Positions 50,683-63,100 of a stretch of DNA of 64,000 nt are shown piece by piece; the first letter of the stretch is position 1; each line of letters starts with the position of its first letter. A program made the position numbers and the translations under genes. Origin of the DNA: Hormiphora californensis (Eukaryota > Animalia > Ctenophora); NCBI GenBank assembly GCA_020137815.1, contig CM035351.1, forward strand, positions 620,001 to 684,000, in the 5' to 3' direction. The notes beneath the pieces are model-generated. The model saw only the letters and a program-made list of their open reading frames with translations, ran no database searches and was not told where the DNA came from.

Positions 50683-53600
50683 CTATGCCAGCAGAGAGGC
50701 TGATGTCTCACAACTTCCATCATACTCAGAACTAGAGATAATGGCTCCTCCACTCAGCACCTTGCCATACTCCTCAAATAACTGTACGAGACTGTTGGCC
50801 AGAGTCGGTCCGAACTCGTCCAGAGCCATTATTTTAGCCAGTTGTCCCTTCCATACACTAGCATTAGACTCTGTGGGAGGGAGAGTAACGTGTCATGAAC
50901 AATGAATACCAGTAATTTCAAGGGAGATTGAACAAAACGAGAGTGACATTTTGTTGAATGTTAGAAATGTGAGAAAGGTTGAAAATGTTAGATTTATGTT
51001 ACCTTGAGATGTATTATTTTGTAGCCGGGTTGAGCTCATAATATCATGGAAATCAGCCTCGCTGAGATGAAGTAGAGATGAAGAGAGATGTTTAGCCCTG
51101 TCATAATCCTCTCTCCCAAGACTGTTCTCCACAACTTGCTTCTCTTTTTCCTAAAAACAGTTTGAGTGTGTGATATGAAATATGTAACTGTCTTTTTAGA
51201 TCTAATCTGGGAAATTTTTCAAGAAACACAAATTTACCTGTCAGGAACCGACCGAATCAGGAAATACTGGTCCCTGATTGGCTGATAACCAGTCACGTGA
51301 CCTAAATAACGAGTTCTGATTGGTTGTTTACTTGTTTCGGTCGGTTCCTGTTACCTGTTTTATTTTGCTGACAATCCTTCCGACAGCGCTTCTCACACAC
51401 TTCTCCCACTCCAGATTACGTTTGTTAAGAACTGCTATCTGTTTAGTGTAACCCTGTTCCAGACTAGTGAAATGTTTCATATTTCCCTCCTCACTTCGCT
51501 TCACTTGGTTCTGAGGGATGAGTTAGAGTTTGGCAAAGTAGAAAACTCCAAGAGTAAACTTGTACACCGATAATAGGATTGAAGTGCATCAAATGTGGAC
51601 AGCATCAAATCACTCACCTTGAGTTCAGCTAGTGATTTATTCTGCATCTCTTGTCTCTTAGCAACCTCTCTCATTTCCCTTGTCTTTCCCTCCAGACTAG
51701 TCTTACATTCCTCATACCTCACTTTAACCTCCTCCAGTGCCTCTTTAGACTTCACTAACTGCCCCTTCAGCGACTCTATATAGTTCCTTCTGTTCTCACT
51801 CACATCTTGTATTTTCTTAACCTTCCTGCTCATCTCCTCTGATTTGCTATCCAGGTCATTGTTACATGATCGGGCCTTGGAGAGTTCCTGTCGCAATCTC
51901 TCGTTGTCTGTGTGTTGCTGTTTAGTGGTCCTGTCTAGTCTGGTTACACGATCTTGCAGTCGCATTACCTCTACACCCTGACCCTCCAACTCCTTCTCTA
52001 GATCTGGAGAGGGAATGTGTTATTTGTTCTGACTTTAGTTTGTGGGAAAATGAGTTGTGTTACTCACTTTTGACAGTGCTAGTGCTACTTGTCAGCTGTG
52101 TTTTCAGTAGGTTCTTCTGGTGGGTTAGCTGTCTGATTTCCTCGCTCTGTTCGTGTAATTTAGCAAGCTCTCCCTGCCTCAACTCACCTCTCTCCAACTC
52201 TCCTATCTAGGAAGAAGGAAACAGGATTAACAACACAACTGGAATAATTATAAAACAGTGGTATCCAGCTACCCCTTCCTACAAATTTGTGATTTCTCTC
52301 CCCCTCCCCCAATTTCTCCGATAAAACTGAGAGCTGTACCTGATCCTTCAGTGTACTCCTCTCCTCTGTGAGAACCCTCAGATCCTCATTTAATGCAGCA
52401 ATCAGACTCTGAGCACTGTTTAGCTGCCTCAGAACCCCAGATACTTGATCCTCCGCTCTTTGAGCCTTACCCGCCTCTTCAGATACCTCCTGTGAAGGGT
52501 TATGTTATTATTATTTTGATTCAGAACTCAGAAAGGGATATATAGAAGTATTTCAGTTAGACTGGATGCGACATGACCCATACCTTGGCATATTTGTGTT
52601 TAGCTTTGGTGAGCACAGCAACTTGCTGATTGAGGGAAGCCATGCGAATCTTTAATGCAGCAGGGGCCTTTTTCAGTACTTTAACAGGGGGCTGGGTGAG
52701 GGTTTGGGTACCGGCCGTCCGCAGTTTGGTGTTTCTTCTCTTTCCATTACTCACACATTCAGTAACTTGTTTCTTGGAGGGTGGAGGGATATTTTCAGCA
52801 TTTGATATTTTGTCCAACAAGGTCATTGTATTGGTGAATCGTGCTGTCCTCTCCGTCTCCTGTTTTTGTGGCACCTGTCAAGGGAGGGAACATGTTAGAC
52901 ATAATTAATGTTATTGTGCCGCAGTGGCTCTGGCAAGAACAACCAATGCGCGCCTTCCAAACTGCTGAAAAATGTGCTTTCATTTTAGTGCGCGCACTGC
53001 GCATCCCTACCGCATTTTCTGTGGTCGTTGAGACATTGGCAAGAGAGTGTTGAGCGGTCTGTGATGCTGTATCTCTCCTCTCGTGCTGGTGAGCGGCAAG
53101 TGTTCCTTTGGCTGTCTTCAGAGCTCCCAACAATTCGATATTTTCGGAACTTAACGTCTCACTCTCCTTCTTTAACTCGGTCATCTATAGAGAAATTCAG
53201 AAAATTAATTATTTCAAGATCAAGTAAAGAGATGGTCATTTCAATGCTGATATAGCACACATATGTTTTACCTTTTCTCTCATCATTTCCATCTGTAGGT
53301 TGCACCCGCACACAGATTGATGGGTGACGCTTCTCATTCGATCCTCCCACTCTCCCTGGTCCTAAACAAACAGTGTGTCTTTGACAGTGGAACAAGTACC
53401 GGGGAAAGAGAGAATGAGTAAGGCAATGTGAATAGAGAGACAGACACAAACTCCCATGCTAACAACACTACACCCCCCCCCCTCCACATCACACCACCCC
53501 CACATCACACCAGCCCCCGTCCCCCACTTTACCAATAATATAGCTGACTTCATTTCGTTGATATTATTCTGCAAGTTAACATGTGCCACTCTCATCTTAT

Positions 53601-56600
53601 CATTCTCCTCCTCAGCGCTGGCCAGCTCAGCAGTCAGAGCCCCAACTCTGGCCCTATAGTGCTGTATATCAGCCCACAGGTTGGCACCATCCTCTTGTGT
53701 GATAACTGGGGGTCGGGTCTCGTGATCCCCCCGTAACTCAGCCCATCTATCCTCATCCAGAATCTTGAGCTCACCCAATATCTCACTGGAAAGAGATGGA
53801 TTAGGATTTAGGAAGTGGGGGAAGTAGTTAACAGGTTTGGGAGACCCAAACCTGATAACTAACTTGGGGCCCAAGTTTGGGAGGTTTTTCACTCGCGGTA
53901 AGAGAGAGAGAGAGGTATGGGCAAGGAAATTAACCTGCCTGATTAAAACACGAATTAAATCTCTCTCCCAAACTAACCTGAGATGATCCTGAAGTATCTG
54001 CATCCTATCCAGCCTCTTATCATGTACCCTACTAACCCACACTATAGTCACTAACCCGAGATGATCCTGAAGTATCTGCATCCTATCCAGCCTCTTATCA
54101 TGTACCCTACTAACCCACACTATAGTCACTAACCCGAGATGATCCTGAAGTATCTGCATCCTATCCAGCCTCTTATCATGTACCCTACTAACCCACACTA
54201 TAGTCACTAACCCGAGATGATCCTGAAGTATCTGCATCCTATCCAACCTCTTATCATGTACCCTACTAACCCACACTATAGTCACTAACCCAAGATGATC
54301 CTGAAGTATCTGCATCCTATCCAACCTCTTATCATGGACCCTACTAACCCACACTATAGTCACTAACCCAAGATGATCCTGAAGTATCTGCATCCTATCC
54401 AGCCTCTTATCATGTACCCTACTAACCCACACTATAGTCACTAACCCGAGATGATCCTGCAGTATCTGCATCCTATCCAACCTCTTATCATGGACCCTAC
54501 TAACCCACACTATAGTCACTAACCCGAGATGATCCTGAAGTATCTGCATCCTATCCAACCTCTTATCATGGACCCTACTAACCCACACTATAGTCACTAA
54601 CCCGAGATGATCCTGAAGTATCTGCATCCTATCCAACCTCTTATCATGTACCCTACTAACCCACACTATAGTCACTAACCCGAGATGATCCTGAAGTATC
54701 TGCATCCTATCCAACCTCTTATCATGGACCCTACTAACCCACACTATAGTCACTAACCCAAGATGATCCTGAAGTATCTGCATCCTATCCAGCCTCTTAT
54801 CATGGACCCTACTAACCCACACTATGGTCACTAACCCGAGATGATCCTGAAGTATTTGCATCCTATCCAACCTCTTATCATGTACCCTACTAACCCACAC
54901 TATAGTCACTAACCCGAGATGATCCTGAAGTATCTGCATCCTATCCAACCTCTTATCGTGTACCCTACTAACCCACACTATAGTCACTAACCCTAGATGA
55001 TCCTGAAGTATCTGCATCCTATCCAATCTCTTATCATGTACCCTACTAACCCACACTATAGTCACTAACCCAAGATGATCCTGAAGTATCTGCATCCTAT
55101 CCAGCCTCTTATCATGTACCCTACTAACCCACACTATAGTCACTAACCCAAGATGATCCTGAAGTATCTGCATCCTATCCAATCTCTTATCATGGACCCT
55201 ACTAACCCACACTATAGTCACTAACCCAAGATGATCCTGAAGTATCTGCATCCTATCCAACCTCTTATCACGGACCCTACTAACCCACACTATAGTCACT
55301 AACCCGAGATGATCCTGAAGTATCTGCATCCTATCCAATCTCTTATCGTGTACCCTACTAACCCACACTATAGTCACTAACCCGAGATGATCCTGAAGTA
55401 TCTGCATCCTATCCAACCTCTTATCATGGACCCTACTAACCCACACTATAGTCACTAACCCGAGATGATCCTGAAGTATCTGCATCCTATCCAGTCTCTT
55501 ATCATGTACCCTACTAACCCACACTATAGTCACTAACCCAAGATGATCCTGAAGTATCTGCATCCTATCCAATCTCTTATCATGTACCCTACTAACCCAC
55601 ACTATAGTCACTAACCCGAGATGATCCTGAAGTATCTGCATCCTATCCAACCTCTTATCATGGACCCTACTAACCCACACTATAGTCACTAACCCAAGAT
55701 GATCCTGAAGTATCTGCATCCTATCCAACCTCTTATCATGTACCCTACTAACCCACACTATAGTCACTAACCCGAGATGATCCTGAAGTATCTGCATTCT
55801 ATCCAACCTCTTATCATGGACCCTACTAACCCACACTATAGTCACTAACCCAAGATGATCTTGAAGTATCTGCATCCTATCCAATCTCTTATCATGTACC
55901 CTACTAACCCACACTATAGTCACTAACCCAAGATGATCTTGAAGTATCTGCATCCTATCCAATCTCTTATCATGTACCCTCTGTATCTTAGCAAGAGCAC
56001 TATCTTTCTCCCTGGCTCCATGCTGCAGCTCCTTCACCAACTGGTTAGTCCTGGCCAGGTCAGCCGCCCCGTTCTCTAGATCAGTCAACATGATCTCTAG
56101 TACTGCAGGAATATCAGCTAGAGCTAACTGTCTCCGGAGGTAGGTCTGGCACTTTGTTTTAACAGAGTCCAGCAGTTCAACATGTCTCTCTTGTTCGGAT
56201 ATCTTCTTGTCCTTTGTTGAAATGGTAGAGAGGTGCTTGGTACAACTTTTACATTCTTTACTGGACAATACAGCGTTAGCTGACCTGAAGGATAATTAGT
56301 GGAGTTAGAGAAGCATAAATTAGTGGAGTTTGGGTGAACCAAATGTTCTTATTTTCTAACTTATTAGCTTTTTAGTTGTTGATTAGAACTAACATAGACC
56401 GAATAACATACCTCAGTGCAGTTTCATTTTCCTGTAGTTTCCCAATCTTCTCCTGCAAGGTGGCAGCAACTTCTTTCAGTTTCTCAATGGATGACATGTA
56501 CTGTTTCTCTGTTTTGTGAGCTGACCTACCCTGTTCCACCAGCTGATTCTCAACAGAGTGCAACGCTCTCTCTTTCTGTAATGTAATGGTGTGTTAGTGA

Positions 56601-57787
56601 AACACGGGAACACTTCTAAAGTAATGTTTCTACAGTCTCAATGCTCCCCCAGTTTGTTAGAAATGGGACGAAACGGGACGGATGACAACAACATGTCCTG
56701 CAGTACCTTATCAAGTGCAGCAAGACTGGCAGTAAGTTCTCCCTCTACCACCTCCAACCGCTCCTTCACATTCACCATATCTCCCCTCCTCTCCACCAAG
56801 CTATCCTTCAGTTCCCCAATAATAACTTGCTGGGAATGTACCTCTGTCTCTTTAGAAGACACAACACCATGTAACCTCTCTGTCTCCTCACACTGCCTCT
56901 CGTAGCGTGTACGGAGTGTTTCCAGCTGGGAGACACACTGTCCCAGGTCCTTACCCATCTGGTCCAGTTGTTTTTCAAGGCTACTGGAACGTTTATCTAG
57001 CTTGTCTGCTAGCACCTCGGGGTTCTAGGAAAGGGAAAATATTGTAAGGAACATGACCAAAACGAGGAAGATGCTCGAGAATGTAAAGTGGTTAGGTCCA
57101 AATGAAATGTGTCCTTACCTTTCTCTTATAATCTGAGAGTTGTAGATTCCTGTCAGCCAGGTCCTCCTCTAATTGGCTAATTAACTCATTAAGATCGTCC
57201 TGTTTACCCTCCCATTCAGAGAGCAGGTCCACCTTCTCTTTCCTCTCACTCTCAACACTTGACCGTAACCAGTTAACCTAGATGGGTTAAAAGTTGGAAC
57301 TGAGAAGTCAGAAGTATAATAGAAACAAAATAGTATAGGAGAAGTCAACTGCCAAGGAATTGGGAATGGTTGGATAAATGAAAAAAACGAGTGTTCCATG
57401 TTACCTCATCCCGTAGCGACTTTATCTCTTTATCTTTATCCTGTAGGATGGACAGTACATGACTGTCTCTATCCTCATTCTGTCTAGCTACCTTGTCTAG
57501 TACAGTGTTCACAACTGCACCCAGATCAGGGGTTTCTGATTGAACCTGGGGGGAGAGTTTTGTATCCATGGAGACTAAACAAAGCCATCAATATACATAC
57601 TCAAGACTCAAGATCAAGAGTCAAGAGACAGGATACAGAGAGGGGACACCCTGTATATTAAAATCCAATATTATACCTGTCTCCAAAGTGATTTTACAAA
57701 GTTTCGTTCCTCCTCTGAGGTTTGCAGGTCTGTGGTTGTCTGTGCTAAACGTCGAGCATACACCTCGCATTGTGAACACGATGTCAT
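50683..57787 (-). CDS. CNTLN: Centlein (centrosomal coiled-coil protein), multi-exon
   Basis: EERNFVKSLWRQ|VQSETPDLGAVVNTVLDK...DRDSHVLSILQDKDKEI parallels the centlein N-terminal motif (KEFVWSLWKRLQVTNPDLTQVV...KDRKVLEILQVKD). C-terminal SSLLHLSEADFHDIM; extensive coiled coil; stop at 50683-50685. Confidence 0.8.
51242..51350. mobile_element. 109-bp hAT-type MITE with 8-bp TSD TTACCTGT
   Basis: TTACCTGT|CAGGAACCGACCGAA...TTCGGTCGGTTCCTG|TTACCTGT. Confidence 0.85.
53977..55980 (-). repeat. 78-bp tandem array (26 copies of the exon-end part) inside CNTLN, open in frame
   Basis: Unit encodes RVHDKRLDRMQILQDHLGLVTIVWVS and contains the donor-like GG|GTTAGT. The last copy has AG|GTTAGT followed by unique intron sequence. 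Confidence 0.95.
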
Positions 57788-58057
57788 TGCTACATGTAAA
57801 GGATGTTGATCAAACAATGTTAAAATGCCATTCATTGGATGTTTTCTATCCCGTAACATTTAAATTTAAACACTCGCATGCGAAAATCAGAAAGTGTTAA
57901 AACAGACAGAAAATAAATTAGATTCCTCATTCCGCTATCGTTTCTTCTTCTTTGTTAGCTTCCTTCTCCCTTTGTACCTCTTTATAATCGTTATCTATCA
58001 TTAGAAACTGAAATGGAAACAAAATTAGTATTTTTAACTTTTGATATGTTTTGTTGT

Positions 58058-59055
58058 TCACGGGCGAGAGGGATTACATACGCCTCCACAGCCAGCCCGA
58101 TTCAAAATGGCAAGCCATGGCAGTATTTTGACCTCATTCACCTCAAGTGCTGCTTCGTTATGTCTCTCATGTCTCTCATGTCCCGCAGCTAGCTGAGAGC
58201 ACTCTATCCTGTGCAGTCTACACAACACCAGGTCCTTTCTTACAGGTCTCTGTTCCGAACCATTGGGAAGGGGAGCGTATCCAATGTGTTTGTAACCGAA
58301 ATCTACCACTAGAACATCACTCTGGTCCGAGTACAGGTCCATATTCTGAGAGGGGGAGGGGATTAGATTAATCAGCAGACATACAAATACATGTCATGTG
58401 GAGGGCGGGGGTGTGTCATTAGTAAACATAGTACAGCTATATCATGGCAGAGGTTGTATACAGAATTCAGAATGTGGAAAATCAAGAATTCCCTCGTGTA
58501 CAATGTGAGTAACCTAAGTAACCAACACTCAGCAGTAACCTAGGTAACCAACACTCAGCAGTCAGGTATATGATGATACTAAACTCACCCATAACAACTC
58601 GCGATATCCATATCGATATTTTTTTCCCCTTAGTTTATCAACCAGCGTGTCTTTCTCTGTGTACATGTCATGTTTCTGCAAGATAGGGATGTGGTGAAAG
58701 AAGTGGTTTGTGATGAAAAGATAGCACAGCTGGACATAACATCTCAAAAATATAACATCAAAAAGATAACATCAAAAAGAAAGAGAGGCCTAGAAACCCA
58801 AGAGATTAATAACAACGTCAGATATCGCCTCACCTTCTTTTCTGTGTACAGCTGTGACTGCGATGGTTTTACCACCTTCACCACGGTACCTCTCACCACA
58901 CAGCCTTCATACAAATCAGCCTCCGGGCTGGAGTTGAGGAGGCCAGCGAACCTTCTCAGTGACTTCTGATAGTGGACTCCCCCCGCGTGACGGATAGGTT
59001 GTTGTTGGGTGCCACGGAGTAGTCTTGTACACACATGCCGTGACAGGGACTGCAT
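58058..59055 (-). CDS. MRPS28: Mitochondrial ribosomal protein S28 (bS1m)-like, 3 exons
   Basis: Mitochondrial-presequence-like N-terminus. FAGLLNSSP...VVRGTVVKV...DVLVVDFGYKH...LVLCRLHRIE...EA follows the MRPS28 S1-like pattern (FASMLRHSP...VIGRIFHI...DLYIDFGGKF...VRLRL). Confidence 0.65.
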
Positions 59056-59359
59056 AGCGAGCTAAATAATAGGTAGTAGGGGTGTTATTGGTTTTACATT
59101 TGGCAGAAAGCGTTGTTATGGAGGGTGGGGGTGAAGCGAGAAGTCAAGAGTTTCGAAGTAAAGGGTAATATAAGAAATTGAAATTAAACGCACAATATTC
59201 ATATCACTGCTCCACATAAAACTTCCTATCATCGTATCAACGGGCACATAAAACTTTTTGTCCACTGAGAGGTACCACCGGCCCATTTTACAGCATATAA
59301 TGAGGCCATAATGAAGTTGGGAGTAACACACAATCCTACAGTTGTGACGTCATCACGGT

Positions 59360-60663
59360 CTACTGATGGGGAGGATGCTCGTTGGGAGGGTAGTATGGCG
59401 GATCTTTATCCTTACTACTACTACCACCACCACCACTATTACTAGCTGCTGCTGCCGCTGCTGCTGCTGCTGCTCTTTTCTCTAAGTTAGCCGCACTGAG
59501 ACTCTCGAACCTCTGTTTAAATGTTTTTAACGCCTGGGCTGTTGTTAGTTTCATCCTAGCTAACTCAGCCTCAGGGTCCTCCATCACTCCACTATCTGCG
59601 GTGTTGCAGATCAGAGCTGGGTTTAACATGGCTCTAATACTACTGTTCCTAACCTTGGCCTCTTTAGCTACCACTGCTGGTAGCGATATCACAATAGGCT
59701 CCACCTTAGCACGTTTTATCTTGTGTTTAGAGGGGGGTTGAGGGACTGGTTGTGGTGGAGGGGCTGGATGGTGGTGTTGTCTCTGCAGCTGGTGATGGTG
59801 GTGTTCCAGTATTGGGTCAGGAGGGGGAGGTGGTGGTGGTCCTCGTGCTGCAGGAGGTGGACCTCGTGACACCATGGTGACACTGCCATGTTGCTGACCA
59901 TCACCATGGTGATGATGATGGTTACCATGATGGTTGCTATGGTGACCGTGTTGGTTGTTATGGTGGTGGTGATGGTTGGATTGCTGTTGTTGGACAGCGG
60001 GTGGACCCTTGGAGTCCTGAAATACTATTTTTATCTTAGGGATCTTGTTCAGCCCGATTGGTTCTGGTGGCTCTGAAAACATTGAGATATCACTCAGCTG
60101 TGTCTCATATCTCGGTCTCTTCCTCTTCTCCGCGGGATCTGAGGGGAGAGACGGGTGTTACTGCTTAGTTTGTTAACATACAGACGGGTGTTACTGCTCA
60201 ATTTGTTAAAATTACAACAAGAGTTCACGAGCAATTGAAATCTCGTAATATCAGTTTGACCAAGCCCCCCCCCTTCCAGAAAGAGAGTGTTGAGTGTGTT
60301 TACCTGTTTGTTTCTTCATGACCTTGTTGTTGTGCGAGTGTTGTGCCTTCTCTATTGAAGCGTTATAAACCTCCCTCTGCAGTTCCCATTCCTCCTGTTC
60401 GTATTGCAGGAGATGCTGAAGCAACAACTCCCGCTCCCTCTCTCGCTTCACTATCTGTTGGGAGAGGAGGAGATTATATCAAGAGGATACAGGGTCAATT
60501 CAACAAGGTTAAAATCCTGGAACTTGGAAAGTATGTTACGTACCTTTCCCCTGCATTCATCTATCTCATTCTGGTAGGCACTGTTCTCAAACAGTAACTC
60601 TTTAGCACTCCTCCTCAGCTCGTAATACTTCGCCTTATAGTCTCGTTGTTGCTGCTGCTGCAT
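59360..60663 (-). CDS. INO80E: INO80E/TFPT-type coiled-coil protein with a His/Pro-rich tail, 3 exons
   Basis: DYKAKYYELRRSAKELLFENSAYQNEIDECRGK|IVKRERERELLLQHLLQYE matches the INO80E N-terminal motif. No FYRN/FYRC domain is visible, which argues against TBRG1. Confidence 0.65.
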
Positions 60664-60936
60664 TTCTACATGTTCTAGGAGGCTATGTTGAAAGGGATGG
60701 TAAGTTATATAATATACTGTGTACTGGACCCCATTTCCCACGCGATCAATCAAGGAACCATGTGGATGCAGGAAATCGGAAAATTAAAACTCATAGATTT
60801 TGTAGCAGTTTTACTGCAATAAATATATATGTTTGTAAAAAGTTGAAATATTCAAAAACATGTGGTAAAAGAGGTAGGGAGAGACAGAGATCAGTCATAC
60901 AGGTAAGGAAGGGGAGAGACATTGGTCAGACACAGT

Positions 60937-61382
60937 CTATTCTGGTTGCACGAATGGGTTAGCGATCTGCTCAATTCCATCTTGGGGGGAGATAGTGACG
61001 ATGTTAGTTCCCCGGCATACCACTAGACCAGTTTGCCGGGCCCTCATTGTCACTGTCCCACTCTCTCCCTCCGTCTCTGGGAGGGGGATTATGTGTGAAA
61101 ATGGGAAGTATTGAACGAAAAAAACAACAAAGTGAAGTATCTGCTATCAAATAGGCCATTGAATTGCCCAGGCACTCAAAGAAAAGTAATAAGAAGCACT
61201 TCCTAACCTCTGATATACTCTGTTGCATTATCCAGTACAAGATTTAGCAGGGCATCATATCCCTTTAAGATACCACTAGCCTCTCTCCCACCGTTAAACT
61301 TTACCCTCATTTTCTTCTCTAGATAGGGAGCCAGATCCAGAATGGATTCCTTCTTCTTGGGTCCCTTCCTCTGGTCAGACAT
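60937..61382 (-). CDS. LSM7: U6 snRNA-associated Sm-like protein LSm7 (2 exons, 104 aa); missed by the ORF track
   Basis: Exon 61382-61208 MSDQRKGPKKKESILDLAPYLEKKMRVKFNGGREASGILKGYDALLNLVLDNATEYIR. Exon 61076-60937 ...QTGLVVCRGTNIVTISPQDGIEQIANPFVQPE*. Confidence 0.95.
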
Positions 61383-62147
61383 ACTGTGTTGATACTACTG
61401 CTAGGGATATTGGTATTTCGTTAGTGTGAGAGGCCAGAGGGGTTGACATGATGTAGTAGATGCTAGGGTAGGGGTATTAGTTTGAGGAGAGGGGTTGGGG
61501 TTTCCTCTATTACAGGAGTATAATTAGTTACTTATCCAGGGACCAGGGTGAAGGTAAACAAGATTTATAATTGGAACAATATATAACATGAATGTTTTTG
61601 AAAACATTGTATGTACAACACATTGCTATGTGCAAATAATATATCATTCTGTGCTAATATAAAGTGTGTGTGCGTCATCTATAGAACAATCTATCGAATA
61701 ATTTCTCTCTCTCTCGCTGTAATAAAACTAAGTTACTAAACTACAATATAACTGTTTCTTTCACATCTTTGACAGCGTGTCTATTTATACTGACTTGATG
61801 AACTATGTGGTCTGTTCAACTTGTTTTTCTACACATTTCATAACAGACATAATAAAATAAACCTCTTTACATATAATAAACGTACGGGCTACCCAACAAT
61901 CATGTCTCCCAGCCACTCTTTTATCTTTCACCATACACCTCCCATCCAGAACTAGTGAAGTAATTTTCATCTTTCCAACAAACACACATCCAACTGGTAT
62001 ATTGTTCAGCACATCCAATATCCACACTGTCTCTCTCCCGACTCCCATAAAGCTGTATCAATCTCCGTGTTGTCTCTCTCTCCCAATCTAATCTCAATTC
62101 TCAGTGTTGTTTCCCAAAGTCTCTCTCCCAAATCCGTCTCCTATCTC

Positions 62148-62981
62148 TCAGTGTTGTCGCAGTAAGACTGAGTCCTTGTAGTAGTTGGGATCGCCCAGCC
62201 GCAATGTCGTTCTCTTGTAGAAGAAATAGTAGAGGACCGATCCTGGTGAGAAGAGAACATAGGAGTTAAACAAAGTTGGTTTACTTGGAGAATCTTTTCA
62301 AACCGTAACGGGGGGGATTATGTGTGTGTACTGTGTGCAATACCTGCTCGTTGACAGACGTAAAGAATTAGGAATCCATCCTTTCCCTCATCCCAAATGT
62401 AGTAGTTCTCATCTTTACCCCATCTCAGTTTCTGGAGTGTAATGTTAAATAAATAATTGTTAATAACAATAAACAATCAAACAAAGATAATTCTTCATTT
62501 GTCTGAAAACTCATCAAATAGTTCACACTTTCACAAAATCAATGAGTTACTTACCATTGCCCATACGTGGAGACCGAGACATAGTGCCAGGTAGATGATG
62601 GTGACCACTAATGGTTAGCAATAAACTTTCTTATTAGGATGGAGACAAATCCTGCCTTGAAAACGTAGGTATTGAAGAACACAAGGAAGAGGATGATAAG
62701 GGCGAGTACTAGACACACATCTTGGACACTGGAGAAGGAAGGGAGTTAGTGATTCGAGGGTTGGGATTATTGACTTGGAGAACTGGGATATGTTATGAAG
62801 AGTAAATCAAAAAAGTGTCATGTTTGGGTTGAATAAAGTAGGTGAACCAACTTACATGTAAAGAACAAGTAGAATGAGGACATCACTCCTGAAGTGTTCT
62901 GATGCCGTGTTCAGTGTTATATCAATTAGAAGGAGAAACAGTTGTAAACCCTGCAATAACTCCATACTGTGCTACCTTCAT
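62148..62981 (-). CDS. TMEM138: Transmembrane protein 138 (ciliary), 4 exons, two apparent 1-nt frameshifts; missed by the ORF track
   Basis: [13 protein letters not shown]...VLYI|VQDVCL...[19 protein letters not shown]...LHVW...[21 protein letters not shown] matches TMEM138. Confidence 0.85.
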
Positions 62982-63100
62982 ATCCTACTAAAGATAACAA
63001 TTGGGATGTGATGTAGTTTTAGATAAATACACAAACTAAAAGAAAATGTTTTTCGAAGTAGCATTATCAATAAAAGAATAAAATAATAAAACACAACAAT

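Noticed and set aside
53977-55980. CRISPR-like interpretation of the 78-bp array (and of the 150-bp and 32-bp arrays)
   Set aside because: No unique spacers, no cas genes, and a eukaryotic context. These are simple tandem repeats.
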